DNA from: Bdellovibrionales bacterium | GTDB lineage: Bacteria > Bdellovibrionota > Bdellovibrionia > Bdellovibrionales > UBA1609 | Assembly (NCBI GenBank): GCA_051011135.1 | Contig: JBPCUO010000037.1 | Coordinates: forward strand, 1-48,073 | Reading direction: 5' to 3' | DNA: 48,073 nucleotides | In this document: positions 28,530-37,272 of the stretch, one piece after another | Numbering within the stretch: the first letter of the stretch is position 1 | Layout of the letters: every line of letters starts with the position of its first letter | The notes under the pieces: model-generated | The model's input: only the letters and a program-made list of their open reading frames with translations | What the model was told of the DNA's origin: nothing | Database searches by the model: none | Program-made: the position numbers and the translations under genes

Positions 28530-29408
28530 ATGAGGATTTTATTATTTTTCTTTTGTCTAAATTTTAGCTCCTTTTTTTCTCCACTTCTTCAGGCGGAATA
28601 TCAAAAAAATGTGTCACAGACTGTAAAAGCTTTTCCCATTGTTTATAATGAAGAGGTTTATCGATGGATCTATTTATTTGTTCAAAGTAAAAATCCAAAT
28701 TATATCCAAACTTGGCTCAAACGCTCTTATCGCTACTTTCCTTTTATGAAAAATGCTTTTAAAGAAAAGAACTTACCGGAAGATCTGGTGCATATGACAC
28801 TGATAGAAAGCAGCCTTTCTTCTAAAGCAGTGAGTTCAGCACAAGCCGTAGGGTATTGGCAGTTTATCAGACCCACAGCCCTGCAATTTGGCTTGCGTAT
28901 TAATCCTTGGCTCGATGAAAGAAAAGACTTCGAAAAAAGCACTTTAGCCGCTAGCCAATATCTCTCTCAACTTTATATTAAATTTGATGATTGGCTTTTA
29001 AGTATGGCTGCTTACAACATGGGAGAAACTCGTCTTACTCAATTTATTACAAAATACAAAACAAAAAATTTCTGGCGCTTATCTAGGAAGCATGATTTCC
29101 CTAGGGAAACTGCTTTGTTTGTTCCTAAAGTTCTGGCTGCTTCTTTGATTATGAAAAATCCCGAACGGTATGGATACAATCAATTTTCTGTTTTAGCTCC
29201 TTATAGGTATGATGTCTTTTACGCTCCGGGAGGAGTGAATTTAAAAAAACTTTGTCGTGAAATGAAATTATCTTGGTCTGAATTTAAAATACTGAATCCT
29301 GAACTTAAAAAAGGAGTTATACCCAAAACCGCTTATCATCATCGTATTAGAGTTCCTAAAGGAAGTGGCTTTAAATTTTCACAATGGCTTAAAAAACAAA
29401 AATTATAA
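28530..29408 (+). CDS. lytic transglycosylase (SLT domain, MltD-like)
   Basis: A signal peptide, then the SLT catalytic block TLIESSLSSKAVSSAQAVGYWQF and AAYNMGE. Confidence 0.8.
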   Translation: MRILLFFFCLNFSSFFSPLLQAEYQKNVSQTVKAFPIVYNEEVYRWIYLFVQSKNPNYIQTWLKRSYRYFPFMKNAFKEKNLPEDLVHMTLIESSLSSKAVSSAQAVGYWQFIRPTALQFGLRINPWLDERKDFEKSTLAASQYLSQLYIKFDDWLLSMAAYNMGETRLTQFITKYKTKNFWRLSRKHDFPRETALFVPKVLAASLIMKNPERYGYNQFSVLAPYRYDVFYAPGGVNLKKLCREMKLSWSEFKILNPELKKGVIPKTAYHHRIRVPKGSGFKFSQWLKKQKL

Positions 29409-29463
29409 ATTTTTGTTTATTTCCCAGATTTTTTCTTATAAAAAAATAAGAGGAGTTTTATAA

Positions 29464-31110
29464 ATGTCTTATGAAGTATTAGCTCGTAAATGGAGACCTC
29501 AAAATTTATCTGAATTGATTGGACAAAATTCTGTTCAAACAACTTTGTTCAATTCTTTAAAGCAAGATCGTCTCTATCCTGTTCTTTTGTTCACAGGACC
29601 TAGAGGAACTGGAAAAACTTCAACCGCTCGAATTTTATCTAAAATTTTACGCTGCCCAAAAAAAACCAACGAGAAATCTTGTAATCAATGTCAAGAATGC
29701 CTCCTTATTCAAGAAGGTAAAAGTTTAGATGTTATAGAAATTGATGGAGCTAGCAATAATGGAGTCGATGCTATTAGAGAGTTAAGAGATACCATTCATT
29801 ATATGCCCGCTAAAGGCTCCCTAAAGATTTATATTATTGATGAAGTTCATATGTTATCTAATAGCGCCTTTAATGCGCTTTTAAAAACTTTAGAAGAGCC
29901 TCCAAAACATATTGTATTTATTATGGCCACAACGGAATCTCATAAAATTCCACAAACCGTTTTATCTCGCTGTCAAAGATTAGATTTTCATCTTATCCCG
30001 CCTTTACTGATTAAAGAAAATCTGGAAAAAATCTGTCAAACAAGTAAGCTACCTTTAAAAGAAGAATCATTATGGCTGATTGCTAAACAAGCCGAAGGAT
30101 CTTTAAGAGATGCTCAAAGTCTTCTGGATCAAATGATTACTTTTTGTGGTCAAGATATCACCACAAAAAAAATTACAGAACTCCTAGGTTTAACAGATCC
30201 TGCAATTATTTTTAAATGTTTAGCATCTATTGTAAAAAGAGATGAGCAACAAATGTTAGAAGTTTTAAAAGATCTCCATTACAAAGGCAATGAACCTAAA
30301 TTTGTTTTACAAAACCTTCTGGAGGGATTGAGAAATCTTTTAATCTTAAAAATAAATCCTGATAACGAGCCTCCTTTGATTCAATCTTCCAAAGAAGAGA
30401 TTCAATCTTTAAAAAAGATAGCTGAGAATTCTTCTTATGAAGATCTCCATTTTTTATTTGATATGCTTTTAAAAGGAGAACAAGAAATGCTTCGCTCCTT
30501 TGCCGGTCGAATGGTTTTAGAAGTTTTACTTTTAAGATTTTGCCAAGCTCCAAGACTCGAATCGATTATCCCTCTTTCTCCCCTGATGGAATCAAACAAA
30601 ACACCCTCCTCTTCAGAGAAGTTAAAAAAAAACTCTAAAAACAACTTAAGCTCCTTGGTTAAAGACGCCCCTACTCAAAAAGCCCCTATCAAAACAAATC
30701 TCGAGAATCAAACTTTTCAAAATATTAAATTCTTAGAGTTTTTAAAAAAAGAAGATCACGGTGTTGCTTCTCTTTTTGAGCATCTCTTTTTTAAAGCCAT
30801 TGAAAAAAATACTTATACTTATTTAATACCTAAATCTTTTTCTTATATGAAAAATAAATTAACAGCAGCTAAAACTCATGAATTTTTAGAGCTAAAACTT
30901 CAGGAATTTCTTAAAACTTCTGAAAAAATCAAGATCGATTTTGAAGAATCCACTCACTTAAAAACAAATCTCAAAATAGAAAAAAAAGAAAAGGACCAAG
31001 AAACTCTTTTACAAGAAGTGGAAGAAGATCCTTTTATTAATCAGGTGATGGAAGTGTTTCAAGGAAATATAAAATCTGTTAGTAAAGAACCCCCTTCTGA
31101 CACTCATTAA
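29464..31110 (+). CDS. dnaX: DNA polymerase III subunits tau/gamma
   Basis: LARKWRPQNLSELIGQ, Walker A GPRGTGKTS, a zinc module CNQCQEC, DEVHMLS and SRCQRLDF. Confidence 0.95.
   Translation: MSYEVLARKWRPQNLSELIGQNSVQTTLFNSLKQDRLYPVLLFTGPRGTGKTSTARILSKILRCPKKTNEKSCNQCQECLLIQEGKSLDVIEIDGASNNGVDAIRELRDTIHYMPAKGSLKIYIIDEVHMLSNSAFNALLKTLEEPPKHIVFIMATTESHKIPQTVLSRCQRLDFHLIPPLLIKENLEKICQTSKLPLKEESLWLIAKQAEGSLRDAQSLLDQMITFCGQDITTKKITELLGLTDPAIIFKCLASIVKRDEQQMLEVLKDLHYKGNEPKFVLQNLLEGLRNLLILKINPDNEPPLIQSSKEEIQSLKKIAENSSYEDLHFLFDMLLKGEQEMLRSFAGRMVLEVLLLRFCQAPRLESIIPLSPLMESNKTPSSSEKLKKNSKNNLSSLVKDAPTQKAPIKTNLENQTFQNIKFLEFLKKEDHGVASLFEHLFFKAIEKNTYTYLIPKSFSYMKNKLTAAKTHEFLELKLQEFLKTSEKIKIDFEESTHLKTNLKIEKKEKDQETLLQEVEEDPFINQVMEVFQGNIKSVSKEPPSDTH
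30624..30632 (+). other. A9 homopolymer / A_AAA_AAA heptamer inside dnaX (candidate frameshift or slippage site)
   Basis: In the zero frame it reads tta aaa aaa aac. The -1 frame then reads aaa ctc TAA, and the other frame reaches TAA after 5 codons. It falls at codons 387-390 of 548. Confidence 0.4.
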
Positions 31111-31149
31111 AAATTTGACAAATAAGCCCTGACCTTTCAATATAAAAAA

Positions 31150-31749
31150 GTGAAATCTATACCTACTTTAAAATCTCTTTTATTTGAATTGCAAAAGCTT
31201 CCTGGCATTGGCCCAAGAAGTGCGCAAAGATTAGCTCAACATCTTTTAAGAACTCCTGAAAATGATATCAAAACACTTTCTAAATCTCTGATAGATTTAA
31301 AAAACAATATTAAAAAATGTGTCGAGTGTTTTAATTTTACAGAAGGAGATCCTGTCTGTTCTATCTGTAACGACCCTCATAGAGATTCAAAATCCTTATG
31401 TGTTGTCGAACAAGCCTTTGATGTTTTTCGTATAGAAAATTGCGGATCTTTTAAAGGAAAATATCATGTCCTCCATGGCTCTATCTCTCCTTTAAACCAT
31501 GTTCATCCTAAAAACCTGACTCTTTTGGAATTGGCGAATCGTATTAAAAAAGGTGTTGTCGAAGAACTTATCTTGGCCATTGATTCAGATCTTGAAGGAG
31601 ATACAACTGCTTTGTATATTGCAAAAATGGTAGATGGATCTTCTTTAAAAATTTCTCGTCTGGCAAGTGGAATTCCTTTTGGTAGTGATTTAGAATATGT
31701 TGATGATAAAACTTTAAGCCAAGCTATAGAAAATCGTAGTTACTTTTAA
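31150..31749 (+). CDS. recR: recombination protein RecR
   Basis: HhH motif LPGIGPRSAQRLA, zinc finger CVECFNFTEGDPVCSICND and a Toprim domain. GTG start. Confidence 0.93.
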   Translation: MKSIPTLKSLLFELQKLPGIGPRSAQRLAQHLLRTPENDIKTLSKSLIDLKNNIKKCVECFNFTEGDPVCSICNDPHRDSKSLCVVEQAFDVFRIENCGSFKGKYHVLHGSISPLNHVHPKNLTLLELANRIKKGVVEELILAIDSDLEGDTTALYIAKMVDGSSLKISRLASGIPFGSDLEYVDDKTLSQAIENRSYF

Positions 31750-32321
31750 TGCCTATCATAAATAACAATGCTAAAGAAATTCATTGTAAAATTATTTACT
31801 ATGGCCCTTTAGGATCAGGAAAAAATTCTTGTCTTCAATTTATTAAAAACCATTCCTCAAAAGATAAAGTGCGTTCTTTCTCCCTCCCTTTAGACATGCC
31901 TTTAGAGGCTTTAGTGATTGATATTGGCAGGATACTAGGTTTAAAAACCAGTTTTCATATTTATAGTATTCCTCAATTAACTTTAGAAGAAAAAAAGTTG
32001 CTTGTTCGTGGAGTTGATGGAATTGTTTTTGTCGCTAACTCTGCGACTGATTTTGCGCAAAAGAATCTGCAATCCCTCCAAGAACTGGATGGCATCCTTA
32101 AAGAACAAGAGGTCAATATTTTTAAAATTCCAATGGTTTTTCAATATCATAAAAGAGATCTTGATGCACCCTTATCCATTCAGGATTTAAGAACATCTCT
32201 TAATAAATACAATTGTAAAGATTTTGAAAGCTCTATCAAGCAAGAACAAAATATTTTGGAACCTTTAAAGCATCTTTTTAAATCTGTTATTACCTCCCTT
32301 AAATCAGGAGAAACCCTATAA
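31749..32321 (+). CDS. MglA-like Ras-superfamily small GTPase homologue with degenerate G motifs
   Basis: MPIINNNAKEIHCKIIYYGPLGSGKNSCLQFI and VRGVDGIVFVANS...QYHKRDL align along the whole length with M. xanthus MglA ([32 protein letters not shown]..., recalled from memory). The start overlaps the recR stop (TAATG). Confidence 0.75.
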   Translation: MPIINNNAKEIHCKIIYYGPLGSGKNSCLQFIKNHSSKDKVRSFSLPLDMPLEALVIDIGRILGLKTSFHIYSIPQLTLEEKKLLVRGVDGIVFVANSATDFAQKNLQSLQELDGILKEQEVNIFKIPMVFQYHKRDLDAPLSIQDLRTSLNKYNCKDFESSIKQEQNILEPLKHLFKSVITSLKSGETL

Positions 32322-32413
32322 GCTCTTTAAAGGAAATAAGGACTCTTTTAAAACTTCCTCAAATAGAATATGTTCTCTCCAAAAAATTTGGATCTGCTAA
32401 TGATAATCACCGT

Positions 32414-32869
32414 ATGCTTATTCGAAAATCTCTTTATAAAAAAATGCTTCAAAAAAGTGACAAACCTTTTAAAAAAATTTTAGACCTCTCTTACAGACCT
32501 CAAGAGTTTAATAATCATTTTATATCTATAAGTCATACACGGAAAATAGGAGGATATTTTATAACTCCTAACACCCCTATAGGATTTGATATAGAGGAAC
32601 GCGCTAGATGTAAAAATCATCTTTATAAAAAAATCCTTTCTCACCCCAAAGAAACGGGGATTGAAATTTCAAAACTTTGGACTTTAAAAGAAGCTTCTTT
32701 AAAAGCTTTTGGATTTTTATCAGAAAAAATTTCTTTAAAAGATATTCTAATTCAACAAGATCCGAGCTGTTCAAAAAATTATCACATTATGTACAAAAAT
32801 CTTACAGCTCAAGGCCTGAGTTTAAAAACATCCTTTTTTACAATAGCTCTTGTAAAAGTCATTAAATGA
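32414..32869 (+). CDS. 4'-phosphopantetheinyl transferase superfamily protein (short)
   Basis: FISISHT...IGFDIEE and W(T)LKEASLKAFG motifs are characteristic of Sfp/AcpS-type PPTases. Confidence 0.6.
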   Translation: MLIRKSLYKKMLQKSDKPFKKILDLSYRPQEFNNHFISISHTRKIGGYFITPNTPIGFDIEERARCKNHLYKKILSHPKETGIEISKLWTLKEASLKAFGFLSEKISLKDILIQQDPSCSKNYHIMYKNLTAQGLSLKTSFFTIALVKVIK

Positions 32870-32954
32870 TCGTGTTCATTTTTTATTCAGAATAAAAGAA
32901 ATAAAGAATGCTATTTTTATTTTCATCCTCTTTAAAAAATAAAAATGAATCAAA

Positions 32955-33392
32955 TTGAGAAAAACAAAAATAAGGCTGTTACAAAAGATTTTCCTGGCCG
33001 ATAAGTTTTGTACTATGGAAAAAAATGAGGATTTTAGCATGTATAAAACAAAAAAATCATCTCAATTTTTTAAAAAGAATCAAGTGGTCTCTGATATTAT
33101 TTCTATGGAAAAAGCAGTGGCTTTAGCTCATCAAACTCAACTTATTAATGTTGATACAAAAGGTTTTTATTTTGATGTTAAAAAAGATCAGATCCTTGTT
33201 CCTGAGCAAGTATTTTTAAAAAAACTTTTAAATCACTATGTTCAACTCTTTATTTCTAAATATGAATTAAAAGTAGAGGGAGTTATTAAAAATATTTCAT
33301 TTAAAAATAGAAACTTATTTCGTGTTCATATTGGCTTTACAGACACAACTCCTGCTTTCTATAGAGAATGTATTTCCGATTTAATGAGTTAA
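32955..33392 (+). CDS. hypothetical protein
   Basis: ORF only, with no motif I recognise. The start is uncertain. The ATG at 33039 has the best Shine-Dalgarno sequence (GAGGA 7 nt upstream); the track start at 32955 is TTG. Confidence 0.4.
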   Translation: MRKTKIRLLQKIFLADKFCTMEKNEDFSMYKTKKSSQFFKKNQVVSDIISMEKAVALAHQTQLINVDTKGFYFDVKKDQILVPEQVFLKKLLNHYVQLFISKYELKVEGVIKNISFKNRNLFRVHIGFTDTTPAFYRECISDLMS

Positions 33393-33414
33393 TCCCAGCT
33401 GATTAAAGCCAAGC

Positions 33415-33951
33415 TTATTTAGAAATCACTTTTGGTTTTTTAAATTGCTTTTTCAATTCAAATTGGGTGGTTTTTTTATTATAAAAAACCACATTCAAAT
33501 GAGGTCTAAAAAAAGAATCAAAAGTAGGAGCAATAATTTCTAAATACCCATCTCCATTTTCATCAACAAGTGCTAAAGATAAAGATTCATCCCAATAATC
33601 AAAAAAACCTTCATGCTTTCCTTTTAAAACCAAGCTTTGTTTAAAATAAAAAGTATCTTTTCCTGTTTGAGATAAAAAATCCAGATAGATTTTATCTTTG
33701 TGTTTGACTTTATTAACGCGGATATCTACTCCATCTCCCAGAATAGAACCTGTCACTTTTTGAAGAAGTTGAGGTTTTTGGTTTTTAAATTTTTGGAGCC
33801 CATTTTTTAAAGAAACAGAATCTGTCATATAAATAAAAGTAAGATAACCTGCTGGTAGAAAAAAAAGCCCAAAGATTCCTAGCGGAGCCCAAGTCTTCTT
33901 AGTGATAAAAATTATTTTTAAAAGTTTTTCCATTTTTAATTTTAAAAACAT
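33415..33951 (-). CDS. hypothetical membrane-anchored protein
   Basis: One N-terminal TM segment (WAPLGIFGLFFLPAGYLTFIY) and a beta-rich remainder with a DENGDGYLE motif. It follows rluD after a 3-nt gap, which suggests co-transcription. Confidence 0.5.
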   Translation of the reverse strand: MFLKLKMEKLLKIIFITKKTWAPLGIFGLFFLPAGYLTFIYMTDSVSLKNGLQKFKNQKPQLLQKVTGSILGDGVDIRVNKVKHKDKIYLDFLSQTGKDTFYFKQSLVLKGKHEGFFDYWDESLSLALVDENGDGYLEIIAPTFDSFFRPHLNVVFYNKKTTQFELKKQFKKPKVISK

Positions 33952-33954
33952 ACC

Positions 33955-34920
33955 TTACTCTAACTCTAAAGAATTGATAAGATCTTGTAAATCAGAAGGC
34001 CAAGAACATTTAAAACTCATAGCTTTTCTAGTCTTAGGATGTGTAAAACTTAAGGACTGCGCTAATAAAGCCGTACCTTTTAAATTTTTACATAAGTTTT
34101 GAATCGACTTCGTTTTTAATTTTTGACCATAAATCTTATCTCCTAATAAGGGACAAGATTGAGAGGAGAGATGCACCCTAATTTGATGCGTTCTGCCCGT
34201 CTCTAAGCGACACTCTAACCAAGTAATGCCATTGTTATAACTTTTAATAGTCTTGCAATGAGTGATAGCCTCTTTACAACCTGTTTTATATTCCTGCACA
34301 GAAATGTATTTTGTTCTAAAAATGGGGTGTCGACATAAGTAACTTTTTATAGTTGAATTTAAAGCCCTTGGAGGCCGCAAACTTAAAGCCCAATACAGCC
34401 TTTGAACCCTTCGATTTTTAAATTGCTCTTTCAAATTCTCTTCCGCCGTTTTGTTTCTCGCTAAAACTAAAAGCCCAGAAGTGTCTTTATCTAATCGATG
34501 CACAACTCCTGAACGAGAAGAGGCCGAATCTATTTGGATCTTTTTATGATAAAAAAGAGCATGTAAAAGAGTATCCGAAAAATGTCCTGGAGCCGGATGG
34601 ACCACCAAGCCTGCTGGTTTATTAATCACTAATAGATCCTCATCTTCATAAACTATTTCTAAAGGAAGATTATATCCTTGAACCTCTTGATTTTCTTGAG
34701 GAATAACCACATCGAGACGATCTCCTTGAGTTAATTTATAAGATGCTTTTAAAACCTGACCACCTGAAGTGACATGATTTTCTAAAATTAACTTTAAAGC
34801 TTGAGATCTATTTTTAATGTATTTCGTAGATCCTAAAAATTGATCCACCCTTAATCCTTCATCTTCAGGAGATACTAAAAGAGAATAAGTTTTATTTTTC
34901 ATTCTTATTTGTTTCTGCAA
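33955..34920 (-). CDS. rluD: RluA-family 23S rRNA pseudouridine synthase
   Basis: An S4-like N-terminal domain, then VINKPAGLVVHP and the catalytic HRLDKDTSGLLV motif, and GRTHQIRVH. Confidence 0.88.
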   Translation of the reverse strand: MQKQIRMKNKTYSLLVSPEDEGLRVDQFLGSTKYIKNRSQALKLILENHVTSGGQVLKASYKLTQGDRLDVVIPQENQEVQGYNLPLEIVYEDEDLLVINKPAGLVVHPAPGHFSDTLLHALFYHKKIQIDSASSRSGVVHRLDKDTSGLLVLARNKTAEENLKEQFKNRRVQRLYWALSLRPPRALNSTIKSYLCRHPIFRTKYISVQEYKTGCKEAITHCKTIKSYNNGITWLECRLETGRTHQIRVHLSSQSCPLLGDKIYGQKLKTKSIQNLCKNLKGTALLAQSLSFTHPKTRKAMSFKCSWPSDLQDLINSLELE

Positions 34921-35581
34921 CAGATCTTAAATAAAGTGGTTGTAATTCAAACCAAGGTTTTAAATGTTCCAATTGAAATTCTCGACATACTATTTGAGCC
35001 AAACTTCGAGCTTGAGGCCTCGCCTTTTTAAACAAACATTTTAATTCTGTAGGAAGGGTATAAAAATCAGGAACATCTCCTAAGCATAATTTTATTTTAT
35101 TTTTTATCATGTAATCTGCCCAATCTGAAAACTTCATCACACAAGGCTCTTGATAAAGCTTTCCTTCTTTATATTCTGCAAAATAAAGAGAGTTTTTAAA
35201 AGCATTAAAAGAAACACAAAAAGCTGCTTCTGATGATAAAAAAGGTTCTGCAACAATTTTTAAAGAGTTCACTGGGTAAATAGGTATTTTTAAAGTAAAG
35301 GCCAGAGATTTAATCACCCCTACAGCAGTTCGAACACCTGTAAATCGACCTGGTCCAATTCCTACCGCTAAAAAATTTAAATCTTTAAATTTTAAATTTA
35401 TTTCCTCTAAGGATGTTTGAATTTCTAAAGGCAGCTTTTCACTATGATGAATCTTTTTATTATTCTTAATTTCTAAAGACCATTCTTTTTCAATTAAAGA
35501 AGAAAGCCTGCGTTTTTCGATCTCAAAGATTCCTAAAGAACCCTGGCTCATAGATGTTTCAAGAGATAAAAAGTATTTCAT
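34892..35581 (-). CDS. tsaB: tRNA threonylcarbamoyladenosine biosynthesis protein TsaB
   Basis: YeaZ-like N-terminus (LSLETSMSQGSLGIF) and GIGPGRFTGVRTAVGVIKSLAF. The ATG at 35581 overlaps the rseP stop. Confidence 0.82.
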   Translation of the reverse strand: MKYFLSLETSMSQGSLGIFEIEKRRLSSLIEKEWSLEIKNNKKIHHSEKLPLEIQTSLEEINLKFKDLNFLAVGIGPGRFTGVRTAVGVIKSLAFTLKIPIYPVNSLKIVAEPFLSSEAAFCVSFNAFKNSLYFAEYKEGKLYQEPCVMKFSDWADYMIKNKIKLCLGDVPDFYTLPTELKCLFKKARPQARSLAQIVCREFQLEHLKPWFELQPLYLRSVAETNKNEK

Positions 35582-37212
35582 CACCAGGCATTGAGCCAAT
35601 TATAAATATCATTTAAAAAAGTAAATGCAAAAAAGAACATTAAAACAAAAAACCCCAGCTGTTGAGCCACAATAAGTTTTTTAACATCTATAGGGCGACC
35701 TATAATACCCTCCAAAGTAAAAAATAAAATATGTCCACCATCTAGCATAGGAATAGGTAAAAGATTTAAAAAGAAGAGATTTAAAGAAATTAAAGCCATC
35801 ATAAATAAAAAAGAAATAAAACCTGTTTTAAAAGAATTATGAGCCATGCGCCCAATAACTATAGGCCCCCCTAAAGTTCTCATTGATAACTTCCCTTGTG
35901 CTAAACGATACAAACCTATAGTCATCATAGACAACCAATGCCAAGTTTGAATTCCTGAATAAGCAAAAGAGCCTAAGACTGTTTCTTTTTTTACCAGCTT
36001 ATTTGGTAAAACTTGAGTTTCTCCAGAAACAACTCCTATCATAAAATTTTCTTTTAATTGCCCCTCTACATACATGGCTTTAGGGGTGATACGAACTGTT
36101 TGCAGTTTTCCCTGTCTAGAAAATTTTAAACTAAATTCTTTTCCTGAAGAAGTGCGAATAAAATTCCATACTTGTTTCCAATCTTTAAGTTTTTGGTTAT
36201 TAAGAGATACCAAACGATCTCCCTGTTTTAAACCTACTTGATCGGCAGGAGTCCCTTCTCCCACTTTAGAAACATACAAAGAGGAATCTTCGATTCCTAT
36301 TTGTTTTAAAGAAGCAACTTCTGGAAGTTTTATCTGTAAATCCTGCTCCGCTCTTTTTACTGTTAACACAACAGGAGATGAAAAAGATTTAAAAACCTTA
36401 CCGACATTTCTCCAATACCTTACTTTTTCTCTTTCGATATATTGAATCTGATCAAAAGTTCTCAAACCAGCTTGATAAGCCGGAGAATTATAAACCACTC
36501 CCACTTGAGTACTTCTTGAAAAAGGCGTTAAGCCCTGCACAGCTCCTTCTTCTTTTCTGGTGCTAAAGATATTTTTACTTTTTTCTAAGTTACTTTTAAC
36601 TTTATAAAGTTGCTTGTTTTGATCTCCCTTAGAAACTTCAAAAACCATTTCTTGATTAGGATGATCTTGAATAAACCGTTTAACATCTTCCCAGTAAGAA
36701 ACTTTGTGACCATCAATAGATAAAATAGTGTCTCCTGAGCGAAACCCAAAAGAATAAGCTTTTGTATCTTTTGAAACATCTCCCAGTTGAGGCTCTAGAG
36801 CAGGTGTCCCTAAAATTCCTAAAAGAAAAAAAGCAAATAAAGTAAATAGGAGATTCATAAAAGGTCCACCAAAAGCAATCATTAACTTTTGAGAAACTTT
36901 TTTATATAAAAAGCCACGATGCTGTTCTGAAGCAGGTATTTTTTTAGAAGGATCGTCACCAAACATTTTAACATAGCCTCCTAGAGGAAAAAGAGACACT
37001 GCAAAAAGGGTTTCTCCTTTGCGGTATTCAAAAAGTTTAGGACCAAAACCTAAACTAAAAACTTCTACTTTGACTCCACAATAGCGAGCGGCTAAAAAAT
37101 GACCTAGCTCATGGATAAATATTAAAACTCCAAGAAGCAAAATAAACGGACCTATCGATAAAAGTCCTTTTTGTAAAAAAACTAAAACAGAAATAAAAAC
37201 ATCTAAAATCAC
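35581..37212 (-). CDS. rseP: RIP zinc metalloprotease RseP
   Basis: HELGHFLAARYCGV near the N-terminus, PDZ-type internal domains, and C-terminal NLLPIPMLDGGH. Confidence 0.92.
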   Translation of the reverse strand: MILDVFISVLVFLQKGLLSIGPFILLLGVLIFIHELGHFLAARYCGVKVEVFSLGFGPKLFEYRKGETLFAVSLFPLGGYVKMFGDDPSKKIPASEQHRGFLYKKVSQKLMIAFGGPFMNLLFTLFAFFLLGILGTPALEPQLGDVSKDTKAYSFGFRSGDTILSIDGHKVSYWEDVKRFIQDHPNQEMVFEVSKGDQNKQLYKVKSNLEKSKNIFSTRKEEGAVQGLTPFSRSTQVGVVYNSPAYQAGLRTFDQIQYIEREKVRYWRNVGKVFKSFSSPVVLTVKRAEQDLQIKLPEVASLKQIGIEDSSLYVSKVGEGTPADQVGLKQGDRLVSLNNQKLKDWKQVWNFIRTSSGKEFSLKFSRQGKLQTVRITPKAMYVEGQLKENFMIGVVSGETQVLPNKLVKKETVLGSFAYSGIQTWHWLSMMTIGLYRLAQGKLSMRTLGGPIVIGRMAHNSFKTGFISFLFMMALISLNLFFLNLLPIPMLDGGHILFFTLEGIIGRPIDVKKLIVAQQLGFFVLMFFFAFTFLNDIYNWLNAW

Positions 37213-37272
37213 GAGTAACCCTTTATTTAAAATATACCAAAAAAAAGAAAAAAGAAAAGATTCTCTTTAAGT

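Noticed and set aside
31115-31146. TTGACA followed by a TATAAA-like element just upstream of the recR GTG, and TATACT 7 nt before the transglycosylase ATG at 28530, considered as possible leaderless-mRNA promoters.
   Set aside because: The spacing is poor: 17 nt only to a weak CAATAT, and 20 nt to TATAAA. Such AT-rich hexamers are expected by chance in this genome.
32945-33004. 19-codon ORF MNQIEKNKNKAVTKDFPGR* upstream of the hypothetical gene at 32955..33392.
   Set aside because: It is too short, has no Shine-Dalgarno sequence, and overlaps the alternative TTG-start reading of the downstream gene. It cannot be supported from sequence alone.
37213-37272. Absence of cdsA and dxr between uppS and rseP, and of bamA after rseP, compared with the common rpsB-tsf-pyrH-frr-dxr-uppS-cdsA-rseP-bamA synteny. 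Similarly, there is no ybaB between dnaX and recR (31111..31149).
   Set aside because: Gene-order variation alone says nothing about presence or absence elsewhere in the genome. It is not interpretable from one window.
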